Source: an uncultured Pseudomonadales bacterium (GTDB taxonomy: Bacteria > Pseudomonadota > Gammaproteobacteria > Pseudomonadales > Pseudohongiellaceae). Taken from it: DNA of 64,000 nt. Position 1 is the first letter of the stretch, and each line of letters starts with the position of its first letter. The stretch covers positions 126 through 64,125 of the forward strand of contig CAJQHM010000001.1 of NCBI GenBank assembly GCA_905478195.1, in the 5' to 3' direction. The translations under genes were made by a program, and so were the position numbers. Under the pieces are notes generated by a model that worked only from the letters and a program-made list of their open reading frames with translations, made no database searches and was not told where the DNA came from. Positions 37,943 to 47,298 of this stretch are shown one piece after another.

Positions 37943-39283
37943 CTACTGGAAATAAACTGCGAGGATCGCGATGGGGCAAATGAACTTAACGTAGAAGGGC
38001 CAGATCTTCCAGAAGAGCCCATGCTCTGCCCCTGGGCTGCCATGACGAATCTCATCAAGGATCTCGTTACGACGCCAGATCCAGGCCACAAAAAAACAGA
38101 TGAATAGACTTAATAGTGGCTGACTTCTCTCCGTGGTGAAGTTCACCACCCAGTCGAAAAGAGGATCGAAATTAAAAACGATAAGCAGAGAGGCAAGCGT
38201 GATAATAATACCGATAATGATTGCCGCCTTCGGCCTGGGCATACCCCTATTCTCAACACTATAAGCTACCGGCACTTCAAGCATGGAAATCGACGAGGTG
38301 AGTGACGCTATTGTCATCAATGCGAAGAACGCTAGCGCTACTAGAATACCTATTGCACCCATGTTATTAAAAAGTGCCGGGAGAACCGAAACGATCAAAC
38401 CAGGGCCCGCAATTAGGCCGCCCGTGTCATCGAAAATTTCCACACCGCTAGCTAACGCTACGTACATCGCCGGCAATATCAGCAAACCCGCCAGAACCGC
38501 AATTCCAACATCTAATAAGGCCACCAGACTGCCCACTACGGGAAGATTCTCATCCTTGCTGATGTAGGATCCATAGACCAGCATAGTCCCGACGCCAAGA
38601 GAGAGGGAGAAGAAAGCCTGCCCCATGGCATTGATCAACAACTGAGGATCGGTAACTCGTGAAAAATCCGGCACTAAATAGGCACGCAAACCATCCATTG
38701 CACCTGGAAGGGTAAACACATACAAAATCAGGAGTACTAATATTCCGATCAGCGATGGCATCAGCCTGGTGGCCCATTTCTCTATACCATCCTTCACGCC
38801 GGCAGTAATAATGAAAACAGTGAACGCCATGAATATAACGACGAAGATTGCATTGCGAATCTCCGTATCAGTAGTCAGCCACTCGGAGAAACCCGTCAGA
38901 CCGAGAATTCTGGCAATGGGATCTAAAAAGAAAGCCACCATCCAGCCACTGACTATGGCATAGAAGCTAAGTATCAGGCTGACCGTCACGATACCAACGA
39001 GACCGATACCGAGGGCAAGAATCTGACTCTTCCTGCCGGTGGAAATGCTATTGAGCGCGGCCACAGCATTGGAACGCGTATGTCTGCCGATAATGAGCTC
39101 AGCCATAAGAGCCGGGTAGCCCAAAGCAAAGGCAAGAATAAGGTAGGTAAACAGAAATGCGGCACCGCCATTAGAAGCAGTATTTGTGGGAAAGCCCCAG
39201 ATATTGCCGAGGCCAACTGCCGAACCCGAAGCGGCCATGAGAAAGCCGAACCTGGATGAAAACTCCCCGCGCGCCGCTGACAC
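37943..39283 (-). CDS. sodium-dependent transporter, neurotransmitter:sodium symporter (SNF/NSS) family
   Basis: 446 aa, about 12 TM, with the N-terminal signature GFLMAASGSAVGLGNIWGFP. Confidence 0.9.
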   Translation of the reverse strand: MSAARGEFSSRFGFLMAASGSAVGLGNIWGFPTNTASNGGAAFLFTYLILAFALGYPALMAELIIGRHTRSNAVAALNSISTGRKSQILALGIGLVGIVTVSLILSFYAIVSGWMVAFFLDPIARILGLTGFSEWLTTDTEIRNAIFVVIFMAFTVFIITAGVKDGIEKWATRLMPSLIGILVLLILYVFTLPGAMDGLRAYLVPDFSRVTDPQLLINAMGQAFFSLSLGVGTMLVYGSYISKDENLPVVGSLVALLDVGIAVLAGLLILPAMYVALASGVEIFDDTGGLIAGPGLIVSVLPALFNNMGAIGILVALAFFALMTIASLTSSISMLEVPVAYSVENRGMPRPKAAIIIGIIITLASLLIVFNFDPLFDWVVNFTTERSQPLLSLFICFFVAWIWRRNEILDEIRHGSPGAEHGLFWKIWPFYVKFICPIAILAVYFQ

Positions 39284-39304
39284 TATTTCCCCTACCTCTC
39301 CAAA

Positions 39305-40261
39305 TTACTGATCAAACGATTCCAGTGTAAAGCTACCGGTTGCCTGGTCAGTAAGAACGAAAACCACGTTATTAACTATGCTCACCGCGCCATTTAAATT
39401 TACTTCCAACGCGGGAATTCTAAGGCGCCCGTCTATGGTCGAGTATTCGGCTATGCCATCGAAGCTCTCTTTGCGCGGAATGACACTCTCCGCGTTTGCG
39501 CGAATTACCACATTTGGCGAGGAGCTCACTGCATTAAAATTCATGCTAATCAAATCGGCACCCGAGTCGATACTTACCGAGGTTATTAACAGCCCAGTCG
39601 CCGACTCGAGCACATGGGGTGCAGCACTAAAGCGCTGCATGACTTCAGCATTAATATAGAGAAAGTCTTTCGGGTCATTATATACAGGAGTTATGTAGGG
39701 CGCCTCGGAGGCTTTCACTCCTAGCGAGGCAAAAGGTAAGGCATCGATAGCGTCCACGGTAATCATGCCATCACCCAATACGACGCCAAAGACTGTGAAT
39801 CCGCCATTACTGTCATCCAGTGACGCGCTATTGTCCACCAGATTCACAAACCACTGATTTGTGGCACTGTTTGGATCACCATCGACTTTAGCCATCGCCA
39901 CCGTGCCGCGGGTATTAGATACATTGAATTCATTCTGAATCGGGTCATCGGAGGGCACATCGATAGGGCCTTCGAACGGGCGAAAACGGTACCCGCCTCC
40001 CTGCACTACAAAATTATCGACGGCGCGATGGATATAAGTACCGTTATAGTCGTTACGATTAACGTAATTGAGGAAATTCTGGACTGTGATTGGAGCCTCG
40101 TCATCCAGCAATTCTATGGAATAATCGCCGATACCGGTGCTAATACGGACTATGGTTCCAGCCATAGCGGACGGGACGGGAACGAGCACGAAACACAGAA
40201 CAAGTCGAATTGAGGCACAGCTAAGATTCCTGCCAAGGCTGCGCCAACTAACTACGGTCAT
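39305..40261 (-). CDS. secreted cyclophilin-type peptidyl-prolyl isomerase with an uncharacterised C-terminal domain of about 120 aa
   Basis: Signal peptide ..VPSAMA|GT. Cyclophilin core NFLNYVNRNDYNGTYIHRAVDNFVVQGGGY .. GTVAMAK .. NSATNQWFVNL .. FTVFGVV. Start placed at MTVVSWR (40261). Confidence 0.8.
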   Translation of the reverse strand: MTVVSWRSLGRNLSCASIRLVLCFVLVPVPSAMAGTIVRISTGIGDYSIELLDDEAPITVQNFLNYVNRNDYNGTYIHRAVDNFVVQGGGYRFRPFEGPIDVPSDDPIQNEFNVSNTRGTVAMAKVDGDPNSATNQWFVNLVDNSASLDDSNGGFTVFGVVLGDGMITVDAIDALPFASLGVKASEAPYITPVYNDPKDFLYINAEVMQRFSAAPHVLESATGLLITSVSIDSGADLISMNFNAVSSSPNVVIRANAESVIPRKESFDGIAEYSTIDGRLRIPALEVNLNGAVSIVNNVVFVLTDQATGSFTLESFDQ

Positions 40262-40620
40262 GAATACTCCTAAAACTGCGATATTGCCTTTGTTATACCT
40301 ATCTAACCGAGGCAGCATAGGGTAAGTTCCGATAAGATTCAACTCTCATTCGGACCTTGCTTTTGGTCAAGCTCCTCGCCTCTAAGTAGGTAGGACAAAC
40401 GTCCAGAAGAGTCCGTCTCAGCCCCAATTTCCGGCGTCCGCAGTCGTCCCTCAGGGAAATATTCACTGGCGACCAATAGCCAGAATGTGATCTAATACGC
40501 GACTTTTCACGCAGCTCTATTAATGCAAATGCGCAGCAACATTGCAATTGCACCCAATCACGGATTCGATGCAAAGTTTTTGTCTAATCGTTCAGAAAAA
40601 TCAACAGGTCTGCCCAGCTA

Positions 40621-42141
40621 GTGCCAAATCATCAAAATTCACTCCCCGGCTTCGATGTTCCTAACCAGAATTCTTTTTCATACAACAAAGAAAGCTCGCA
40701 ATCGCATTCTCAACACATCGTTGGCATCGGTATTGATTACGGCACCAGCAATAGCGCGGCTGCGATCTTCGATGGCAGCAGGGTGCACCTCGTTCAACTA
40801 GAACAGCTTTCGGCTATCATGCCATCGGCCACTTATATAGATAGAGACTTCCAGATCAGCACCGGCCAGGCTGCGATCAACAACTACATCCAGAGCAATA
40901 CAGGTCGGAAAGTCGAGCTTAGCGCCGAAATTCTTGGCGAAGCCAGAACCACTACCGGCCAAACCGGTGATAAGGGCCTGCCTGAAGAAGCCAATACCCA
41001 GACTCTATACGGTCAGTCTTTTGTAGACGGCGGTCAACAGGGACGGCTCTTTAGAGGCATTAAACGACTGTTAGGCAGTGCAGATGCCCCACGTCTTATG
41101 GTTTTCGAAAGAGCCTTTCGATTAGTAGCTCTAATCACTCCACTGCTTCTAAGGGTCAGAAAAAGCATAGACTTATTGGTGTCTAAGCAGTTCGCCGACC
41201 GTGTCCCAACTAACCATGCCTGTATTGGCCATCCTGTGAATTTCGAGGGCAGCGCCGACAATCGAAATCATGCGGCACTAGACATGCTATCCGAAGCCTA
41301 TGGATACGCAGAGTTTGTCCAGCAATCCTATTACCCCGAACCCATAGCAGCTGCCCTGAGTTACCTGCACACAAATCAGGAACAGCCCGCACAATCACAG
41401 ATCTTATTAGCTGTGGATTTCGGCGGCGGCACGCTCGACCTCTGCTTGATTCGTCGCGAGCAATCCAACTTTGAAGTCGTGGCGACACATGGAATAGGAT
41501 TGGGTGGCGACCATATCGATCAGGTGTTGTTCAAGAAATTGTTATTTCCCCTTCTCGGCAAGGGTGAACGCTGGAAACGTGCCGGAGAAGATCGCGAAAT
41601 AGAAACCCTGTTTCCGTTTGAGGAATATGAGGATCTGCTTCTGAACTGGGCCATCAGCTACATGCTCAATCAGAACAAGTTTACGACGCCGCTAATGCAG
41701 AGAATCAATGAGAAGGACGAGGCTTCAATAAAATTCCAGCGCCTATACGATATGATCAAGAGCAACTACAGCTACCTTGTATTCCAATGCATCAAAGATT
41801 TAAAGGCCGAGCTTTCCGACAAAGAAACCGCAAAACTGGACATACCCGAACTCGATATCGAGTTTGACGTGAGCCGCGATCAGTTCGAAGTGATGATCGC
41901 CGATCTGCTCGATCGTTTCAGTCAGTCGATATCTGATCTATTGGATAGCGTAGATTTGCGCAGTAACGATATAGACCTAGTCATAAGAACTGGGGGGTCT
42001 TCACTCATACCTGCCGTTAAGCGAATACTAGAAGCCCAGTTCCCAGGCAAGGTCATCGAGCACGATCCTTTCACCAGCGTTGCTGCGGGCCTAGCCATAG
42101 CAGACTTTCAAGGACTAGGACAAAAAAAGGAAGATACCTAG
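40621..42141 (+). CDS. Hsp70-family (actin-like ATPase) protein with a nucleotide-binding domain only
   Basis: GTG start. Phosphate-1 GIGIDYGTSNS, phosphate-2 VDFGGGTLD and adenosine motif IRTGGSSLIPAV. It ends right after the NBD (506 aa), with no substrate-binding domain. Confidence 0.75.
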   Translation: MPNHQNSLPGFDVPNQNSFSYNKESSQSHSQHIVGIGIDYGTSNSAAAIFDGSRVHLVQLEQLSAIMPSATYIDRDFQISTGQAAINNYIQSNTGRKVELSAEILGEARTTTGQTGDKGLPEEANTQTLYGQSFVDGGQQGRLFRGIKRLLGSADAPRLMVFERAFRLVALITPLLLRVRKSIDLLVSKQFADRVPTNHACIGHPVNFEGSADNRNHAALDMLSEAYGYAEFVQQSYYPEPIAAALSYLHTNQEQPAQSQILLAVDFGGGTLDLCLIRREQSNFEVVATHGIGLGGDHIDQVLFKKLLFPLLGKGERWKRAGEDREIETLFPFEEYEDLLLNWAISYMLNQNKFTTPLMQRINEKDEASIKFQRLYDMIKSNYSYLVFQCIKDLKAELSDKETAKLDIPELDIEFDVSRDQFEVMIADLLDRFSQSISDLLDSVDLRSNDIDLVIRTGGSSLIPAVKRILEAQFPGKVIEHDPFTSVAAGLAIADFQGLGQKKEDT

Positions 42142-42175
42142 CGACGAAGCTGAGCAATGAGAGGCCCGACTAGCC

Positions 42176-42739
42176 TTAGAGTTCGACGCGCAGCGACTCT
42201 ATAGAGTCAGAGAATGACATGGAGAGAATTTGTCCCTCTTTCTCAACATTCACCAAGTTCACCTGATCCGGCCACACATCTCGAAGCGCCACATTCACAA
42301 CACTCAGCGCTTTCACATCATCTAGCTGTTCGGCCTCCTGATAGACCCAGAGAAACTGGCCATCTATCTCTGCGCCCACATAGTTCAGGCTCAGCTCATT
42401 ACTCTTGCCGAGGGAATCCTCGGCGGTAACTGCAAAGCGATTCATTACGTAATTACTAAACAGTTCCCGCGAGGCATCTGATTCCATTAGATTCTGCGAC
42501 TCACCAAACACTACGCCCGCTGCATGCTCAGCATCGTGAATGAAAAATCTGTGCATGATTTCAATATTGCCCGTATTCGCATTGAACAGAATACGAGTAA
42601 CGGCCATTTTTTGCTGATGGGCAGCGCTGTAAGCTGATAGCAGACTAAGGAAAACAAACAGAAGACCAAGAGCAAACGCTCTTGGTCTATCTCGCAAAGA
42701 TAACTGGCTCTGTTTAGTCTTCAGGCTCATCATCTTCAT
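42176..42739 (-). CDS. DUF6702-like secreted protein, translationally overlapped with the upstream M1 peptidase
   Basis: 187 aa with signal anchor ..LLSAYSAAHQQ, then KMAVTRILFNANTGNIEIMHRFFIHDAEHA as in the family I recall accompanying M1 peptidases. It overlaps the peptidase stop by 26 nt. Confidence 0.45.
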   Translation of the reverse strand: MKMMSLKTKQSQLSLRDRPRAFALGLLFVFLSLLSAYSAAHQQKMAVTRILFNANTGNIEIMHRFFIHDAEHAAGVVFGESQNLMESDASRELFSNYVMNRFAVTAEDSLGKSNELSLNYVGAEIDGQFLWVYQEAEQLDDVKALSVVNVALRDVWPDQVNLVNVEKEGQILSMSFSDSIESLRVEL

Positions 42740-45143
42740 CAGTCTTAAGCTCTGTCTTAATATCTTGCATGATATCTCTACCGATCAGGCTACCACCACC
42801 TTCAGATTTAAAACTTTCTATGCGCGAAGGAATTATTCGGCGCGGATAGTAGTTATTCTCAATATCCGCGTCGGCAGTTTCCTGCATGGGGTCGATAACA
42901 ATACTGAGCAATTCCTTCTCACTCACCATTAGTTTCTTAACCTGGCGCGCATTTCTTCGCCATATCTCGGCTGGCAGACGCACCTCTTCCTTACTCCCGT
43001 CGGCATATTCCATTTCCAAAATTACCGGCATTACCAAACCACCGGCATTGGAGAACTCGAAGATATAGTAGTTCAGGTCTTGTGAGACTGCGCGTTCGAG
43101 AACAGCACGCTCCCAGTCTTCAAGGCCCTCCAGGAAACTGTTATAGCTATTGCGCTCCTTGTTTGTGACCGTGAATTGATCGTTGTCGTCGTAGAAGTCA
43201 CGAACATCTGCATTACGCTCAACCCAGGTCAACCTGCCTTCCTCACGATTTCTCTCGATGTAGACGGAGGGCGGCAAGGCTTTCTCGATCTCACGCTGAC
43301 GAGAATAATCAATATCTGGATTCTCCGTATCCATGCGCATCTGGTAGACACGATCGAGGGAGATATCCACATGATCGGTCGTGTAGAACCAGCCACGCCA
43401 GAACCAGTCTAAATCTATACCAGACGCCTCTTCCATAGTTCGAAAGAAGTCCGCCGGTGTAGGTCGCTTGAACTCCCATTGACGCGAGTATTCTTTAAAT
43501 GCGAAATCGAAAAGCTCACGCCCCATAATTGTTTCGCGCAGAATATTGATTGCAGTAGCTGGCTTCGCATAGGCGTTGGGCCCCAAGCGCAGCACGCTGT
43601 CAGACTGCGTCATGATAGGAACCTGATTCTGTGAAACCATATAATCGACAATATATCTTGGCTCAACACCCCAGGGTATCTCCGCATCCCATTCCCGCCC
43701 TGCAACCGAATCAAGATAGCTGTTGATACCCTCATCCATCCAGGTCCATTGACGCTCGTCAGAGTTTACTATCATGGGGAAATAGAAGTGCCCCACCTCA
43801 TGAATCACCACCCCTATCAGAAAACGCTTTTCCGCCAGGGAATAGGTACGACTGCCATCGTCCTGCAGCGTGGTTCGCGGGCCGTTAAATGTGATCATCG
43901 GATATTCCATACCACCGACAAAACCTGCATTCAATGAAATGGCCGTAGGGTAAGGGAAATCGAATGAGAAACGGCTGTACACTTCCAGCGTATGAATGAC
44001 AACTTCAGTAGACAGATCTGACCACAGTGTGCCGCCTTCCTTAGGATAGTAGGACATCGCCATTACCAGCTCTTGCTCGGCACCTTCCTGACGATACCCC
44101 TTGGCATCCCAAATAAATTTTCTTGAAGAACCCCAGGCGAAGTCACGAACGTTTTCCGCGGCGAAGCGCCATGTCTTCGTATCGCTCACCCCTTCTCTCT
44201 CGTTCTCTAGAGCTTCTTCGGGCGTAACGATGAATACCGGACGTGCGGCCGTCTCCGCTTCCTGCAGACGATCGCGCTGAACTCGGGTTAACACCTGGTT
44301 CGCATTCTGCAGCTCGCCAGTAGCGGCCACGACGTGATCCGAAGGAACGGTCAGTGAAACTTCGTAGTCACCAAACTCCAGAGTAAACTCACCTGAACCT
44401 AGGAATTCCTTATTAGTCCAACCCTCGTAGTCAGTGTAGGCAACCAGGCGCGGGAACCATTGGGAAATCGCAAACAGATAATTACCGTCCTCATTCTCGT
44501 CATCCGGAAAATACTCGTAACCACCGCGAGGCCGAAGCACATCACCATTGACGATGTGATAGGCATAGTCTATTTCAAATTCGATGTCTTGACCCGGGCT
44601 TAAGGGACGCGCCAGATCTATACGCATTAGCGTACCGACTATCGTATGGGGCAGATCATTGCCCGAACTATCACGGACAGAGTTTATTTCGTAGCCGTGG
44701 TCCACGTCTTCCATGTATTGGATACTGCGTAGCTGGCCCAGGCTTAGGCGGGCTGGCGAATCCGAGTCCGGGCTACTCCCATTAAAGGTAGAGCTCATAT
44801 TGCCAATGGAGTCATTGCGAAAACGGTTCTGATCTAGCTGCAACCAGAGATAGCCCAGGGTGTCTGGAGAGTTGTTCTGATAACTAATGGTTTCGGTGCC
44901 GGAGATTCGCTGCGACTCCTCATCCAGAGCGACATCGATCTCGTAATCGACTTCCTGCTGCCAATACTGATGGCCCGGCTGGCCAGAGGCGTTTCTATAA
45001 ACATTCGGAGTCGGTAAAACTTCGTCCAGCTGACGAAACTTGTCTTGAAACGATCCCTTGGTTTGTTGAATGCCTTGTGCGAAAACTAAGGAATTACTGA
45101 GTAACACGGTAATCGCAGCTGCTAGCAAGACGATTCTCTTCAT
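42714..45143 (-). CDS. secreted M1-family (gluzincin) metallopeptidase
   Basis: Signal peptide ..NSLVFA|QG. HEVGH followed 18 residues later by the E of WMDEG (HEXXH-X18-E). 809 aa. Confidence 0.85.
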   Translation of the reverse strand: MKRIVLLAAAITVLLSNSLVFAQGIQQTKGSFQDKFRQLDEVLPTPNVYRNASGQPGHQYWQQEVDYEIDVALDEESQRISGTETISYQNNSPDTLGYLWLQLDQNRFRNDSIGNMSSTFNGSSPDSDSPARLSLGQLRSIQYMEDVDHGYEINSVRDSSGNDLPHTIVGTLMRIDLARPLSPGQDIEFEIDYAYHIVNGDVLRPRGGYEYFPDDENEDGNYLFAISQWFPRLVAYTDYEGWTNKEFLGSGEFTLEFGDYEVSLTVPSDHVVAATGELQNANQVLTRVQRDRLQEAETAARPVFIVTPEEALENEREGVSDTKTWRFAAENVRDFAWGSSRKFIWDAKGYRQEGAEQELVMAMSYYPKEGGTLWSDLSTEVVIHTLEVYSRFSFDFPYPTAISLNAGFVGGMEYPMITFNGPRTTLQDDGSRTYSLAEKRFLIGVVIHEVGHFYFPMIVNSDERQWTWMDEGINSYLDSVAGREWDAEIPWGVEPRYIVDYMVSQNQVPIMTQSDSVLRLGPNAYAKPATAINILRETIMGRELFDFAFKEYSRQWEFKRPTPADFFRTMEEASGIDLDWFWRGWFYTTDHVDISLDRVYQMRMDTENPDIDYSRQREIEKALPPSVYIERNREEGRLTWVERNADVRDFYDDNDQFTVTNKERNSYNSFLEGLEDWERAVLERAVSQDLNYYIFEFSNAGGLVMPVILEMEYADGSKEEVRLPAEIWRRNARQVKKLMVSEKELLSIVIDPMQETADADIENNYYPRRIIPSRIESFKSEGGGSLIGRDIMQDIKTELKTDEDDEPED

Positions 45144-45303
45144 AAAGACCGATCTCCTGAATTATGCTTTTCCTAGGCCTGTGCTAGGGAGGTATATGCA
45201 AAGTGGGTTTGAGCTAGGCTGTGGCTGCGAATAATACCGCGTTTTGCAGAAATTGTAGCCATCCATTTAATATCCAGCCCTATTCTAAGGTAGACTAAAG
45301 CCC

Positions 45304-46524
45304 ATGGACCTCATTCTGGCAGCCATTCCGTTTTTCTTTCTGCTAATTTTCATCGAGTTAGCCTATGGGGTCGTGCGCGGCAAAAACACCTACAGACTCA
45401 ACGATAGCATTAACAGCATCTCTATGGGCAGTCTAAGCCGCCTGCAAGGCCTTGTTATTCTTGGCTTTTCGGGAACGATCTACGAAATTATAGTTGCCAG
45501 ATATCAACTCGCACAGCTGCCGGATCAAGCACTCTGGGTTTGGATCAGTTGTTTCCTGCTGTATGACTTTGCCTACTACTGGAAGCATCGCCTGGGTCAT
45601 GAAGTGGCCTTATTCTGGGGCTCCCATGTCGCACATCACCAAAGCGAAGACTTCAACCTGAGCACAGCGCTGCGTCAAACCAGCATCGATTTCTATGGCT
45701 TTCTGTTCTACCTGCCTTTTTTCTTCCTAGGTTTTCCAGCGGAAATTCTATTCACCGTCGTGAGTCTGAATTTAATCTATCAGTTCTGGGTGCATACCGA
45801 GCATGTCCCCAAGCTCGGTCCCTTTGAATGGGTATTCGTTTCGCCCTCGAATCATAGAGTTCATCATGGCCGCAACAAGATCTATGTAGACAAAAACTAC
45901 GGCGGCGTCTTCATTCTTTGGGATAGGATTTTTGGGAGCTTCCAGGAGGAACTGGCAGAAGAGCCGGTTGCCTTCGGTTTACGCAAACCGTTGAATAGCT
46001 GGAACCCCGTGTGGGCAAATGTACACGTTTACTGGCGTCTCATTCTGGACTTCTACGCCATGCCCGGGGCACTCAATAAGCTAAAACTACTAGTCAAGCG
46101 GCCGGGATGGCGTGCAGACACACAGCAGAGTCATTGCAAACTCGAGGGCATGCCGGTCGACCTTACTCAGAAATTCGATCCGGAAATCTCCCGCTTCAGC
46201 CAGGTCTATACGGCAATCCAGTTCACGCTCACCGTTGCACTCAGCCTTGCAGTTTTACTCAGCGCAGGATCTCTCAATTACTTGCTGCTAAGCACAGTCG
46301 TAACGTATCTTTTCTTCTCGTTCTTCGTACATGGATCTTTTCTAGAGGGACGAGAGTTTGCACTGACCTTGGAAATAGTCAGGTTGGTATTTCTATTGCC
46401 CTTTCTGCTGTTGCTTGATCTAGGCCCGGTAATGACGGCACTACTGATTGGCAATTCGGCGCTAGCGCTACCCCTGCTTCTTATCGCAGGCTCTAAGCGC
46501 ACTCAAAGTCTTGCATTGAACTAG
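45304..46524 (+). CDS. fatty acid hydroxylase / sterol desaturase superfamily membrane protein with an extra C-terminal multi-TM region
   Basis: His boxes HRLGHE, HVAHHQSED and HRVHHG. About 130 additional hydrophobic C-terminal residues. Confidence 0.8.
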   Translation: MDLILAAIPFFFLLIFIELAYGVVRGKNTYRLNDSINSISMGSLSRLQGLVILGFSGTIYEIIVARYQLAQLPDQALWVWISCFLLYDFAYYWKHRLGHEVALFWGSHVAHHQSEDFNLSTALRQTSIDFYGFLFYLPFFFLGFPAEILFTVVSLNLIYQFWVHTEHVPKLGPFEWVFVSPSNHRVHHGRNKIYVDKNYGGVFILWDRIFGSFQEELAEEPVAFGLRKPLNSWNPVWANVHVYWRLILDFYAMPGALNKLKLLVKRPGWRADTQQSHCKLEGMPVDLTQKFDPEISRFSQVYTAIQFTLTVALSLAVLLSAGSLNYLLLSTVVTYLFFSFFVHGSFLEGREFALTLEIVRLVFLLPFLLLLDLGPVMTALLIGNSALALPLLLIAGSKRTQSLALN

Positions 46525-47261
46525 ATCGGATTGAGAGGAAACTCAAGAAGCAACTCTCCTGTTTCCGGGTCGCGCAGCTCAAATTGGGCTTGGGTCGCTG
46601 TGCGCAGGGCATCGGTAAAATTGGACCCGTTGTCGAGATTACTGATGATGAAAGCAACGCGCGTGGTAATGCTGCTGGCCGGAGGTATCTGCAAGGGAAT
46701 AAACCCATAGCCATCAGATTCACTCAACATGCCCTGCACCGTAGATTCGACGCTAAGGCTTGAGCCCGGGATACGAGTTCTCACCGCTCTAAACAAGGCC
46801 GCCTCACCGTTGGCGTCCGTCATTCTCATAAACACATTAACCTGCTTGGTAAACAGCTCAAGATTGCTAACCCGCAGAGCTGGCGTATAGATCGGGTAGC
46901 TAAACCCCACCTCGATAATTCCATTACTTGAGCTATCGGTAATCATTTCACTAGTTACCTGCTCTGCACTAATTCCCACTCCTGCTTGCTGGGGCAGTAG
47001 AACAAAATAGTAGACCAGAACCGGCACAATAGCTGGCATGCAGACAGCGGCGGCATAGATGCCGGGCTTGTCCAAAAACAGAGGATTGAAGGGGTAGACC
47101 GCAATGAGTGCCGCAATGATCGCTAGTGACAGGAGCGCGGCGCGAATGAATAGGGGCTCACTGCCAATTAGCGCAGGATTCTGCGCAATAAACACAACTA
47201 TTGCCACAGCAACGAGAAGCGCTGCAATGCAGATTATTATTCTTCTTATGTTGGTATTCAT
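46521..47261 (-). CDS. hypothetical membrane protein (3 N-terminal TM helices plus a beta-rich domain of about 150 aa)
   Basis: 246-aa ORF with coherent hydrophobic helices and no motif that I recognise. The coding call rests on length, topology and tight fit between its neighbours. Confidence 0.5.
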   Translation of the reverse strand: MNTNIRRIIICIAALLVAVAIVVFIAQNPALIGSEPLFIRAALLSLAIIAALIAVYPFNPLFLDKPGIYAAAVCMPAIVPVLVYYFVLLPQQAGVGISAEQVTSEMITDSSSNGIIEVGFSYPIYTPALRVSNLELFTKQVNVFMRMTDANGEAALFRAVRTRIPGSSLSVESTVQGMLSESDGYGFIPLQIPPASSITTRVAFIISNLDNGSNFTDALRTATQAQFELRDPETGELLLEFPLNPI

Positions 47262-47298
47262 AACTGCCTAAGAGCAATACTGAACGGCGCTGACGAAT

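Noticed and set aside
40299-40574. 91-aa minus-strand ORF in the cyclophilin / Hsp70-like intergenic region
   Set aside because: It overlaps the rejected N-terminal extension of the cyclophilin ORF, has an Arg/Cys-rich improbable sequence and no RBS.
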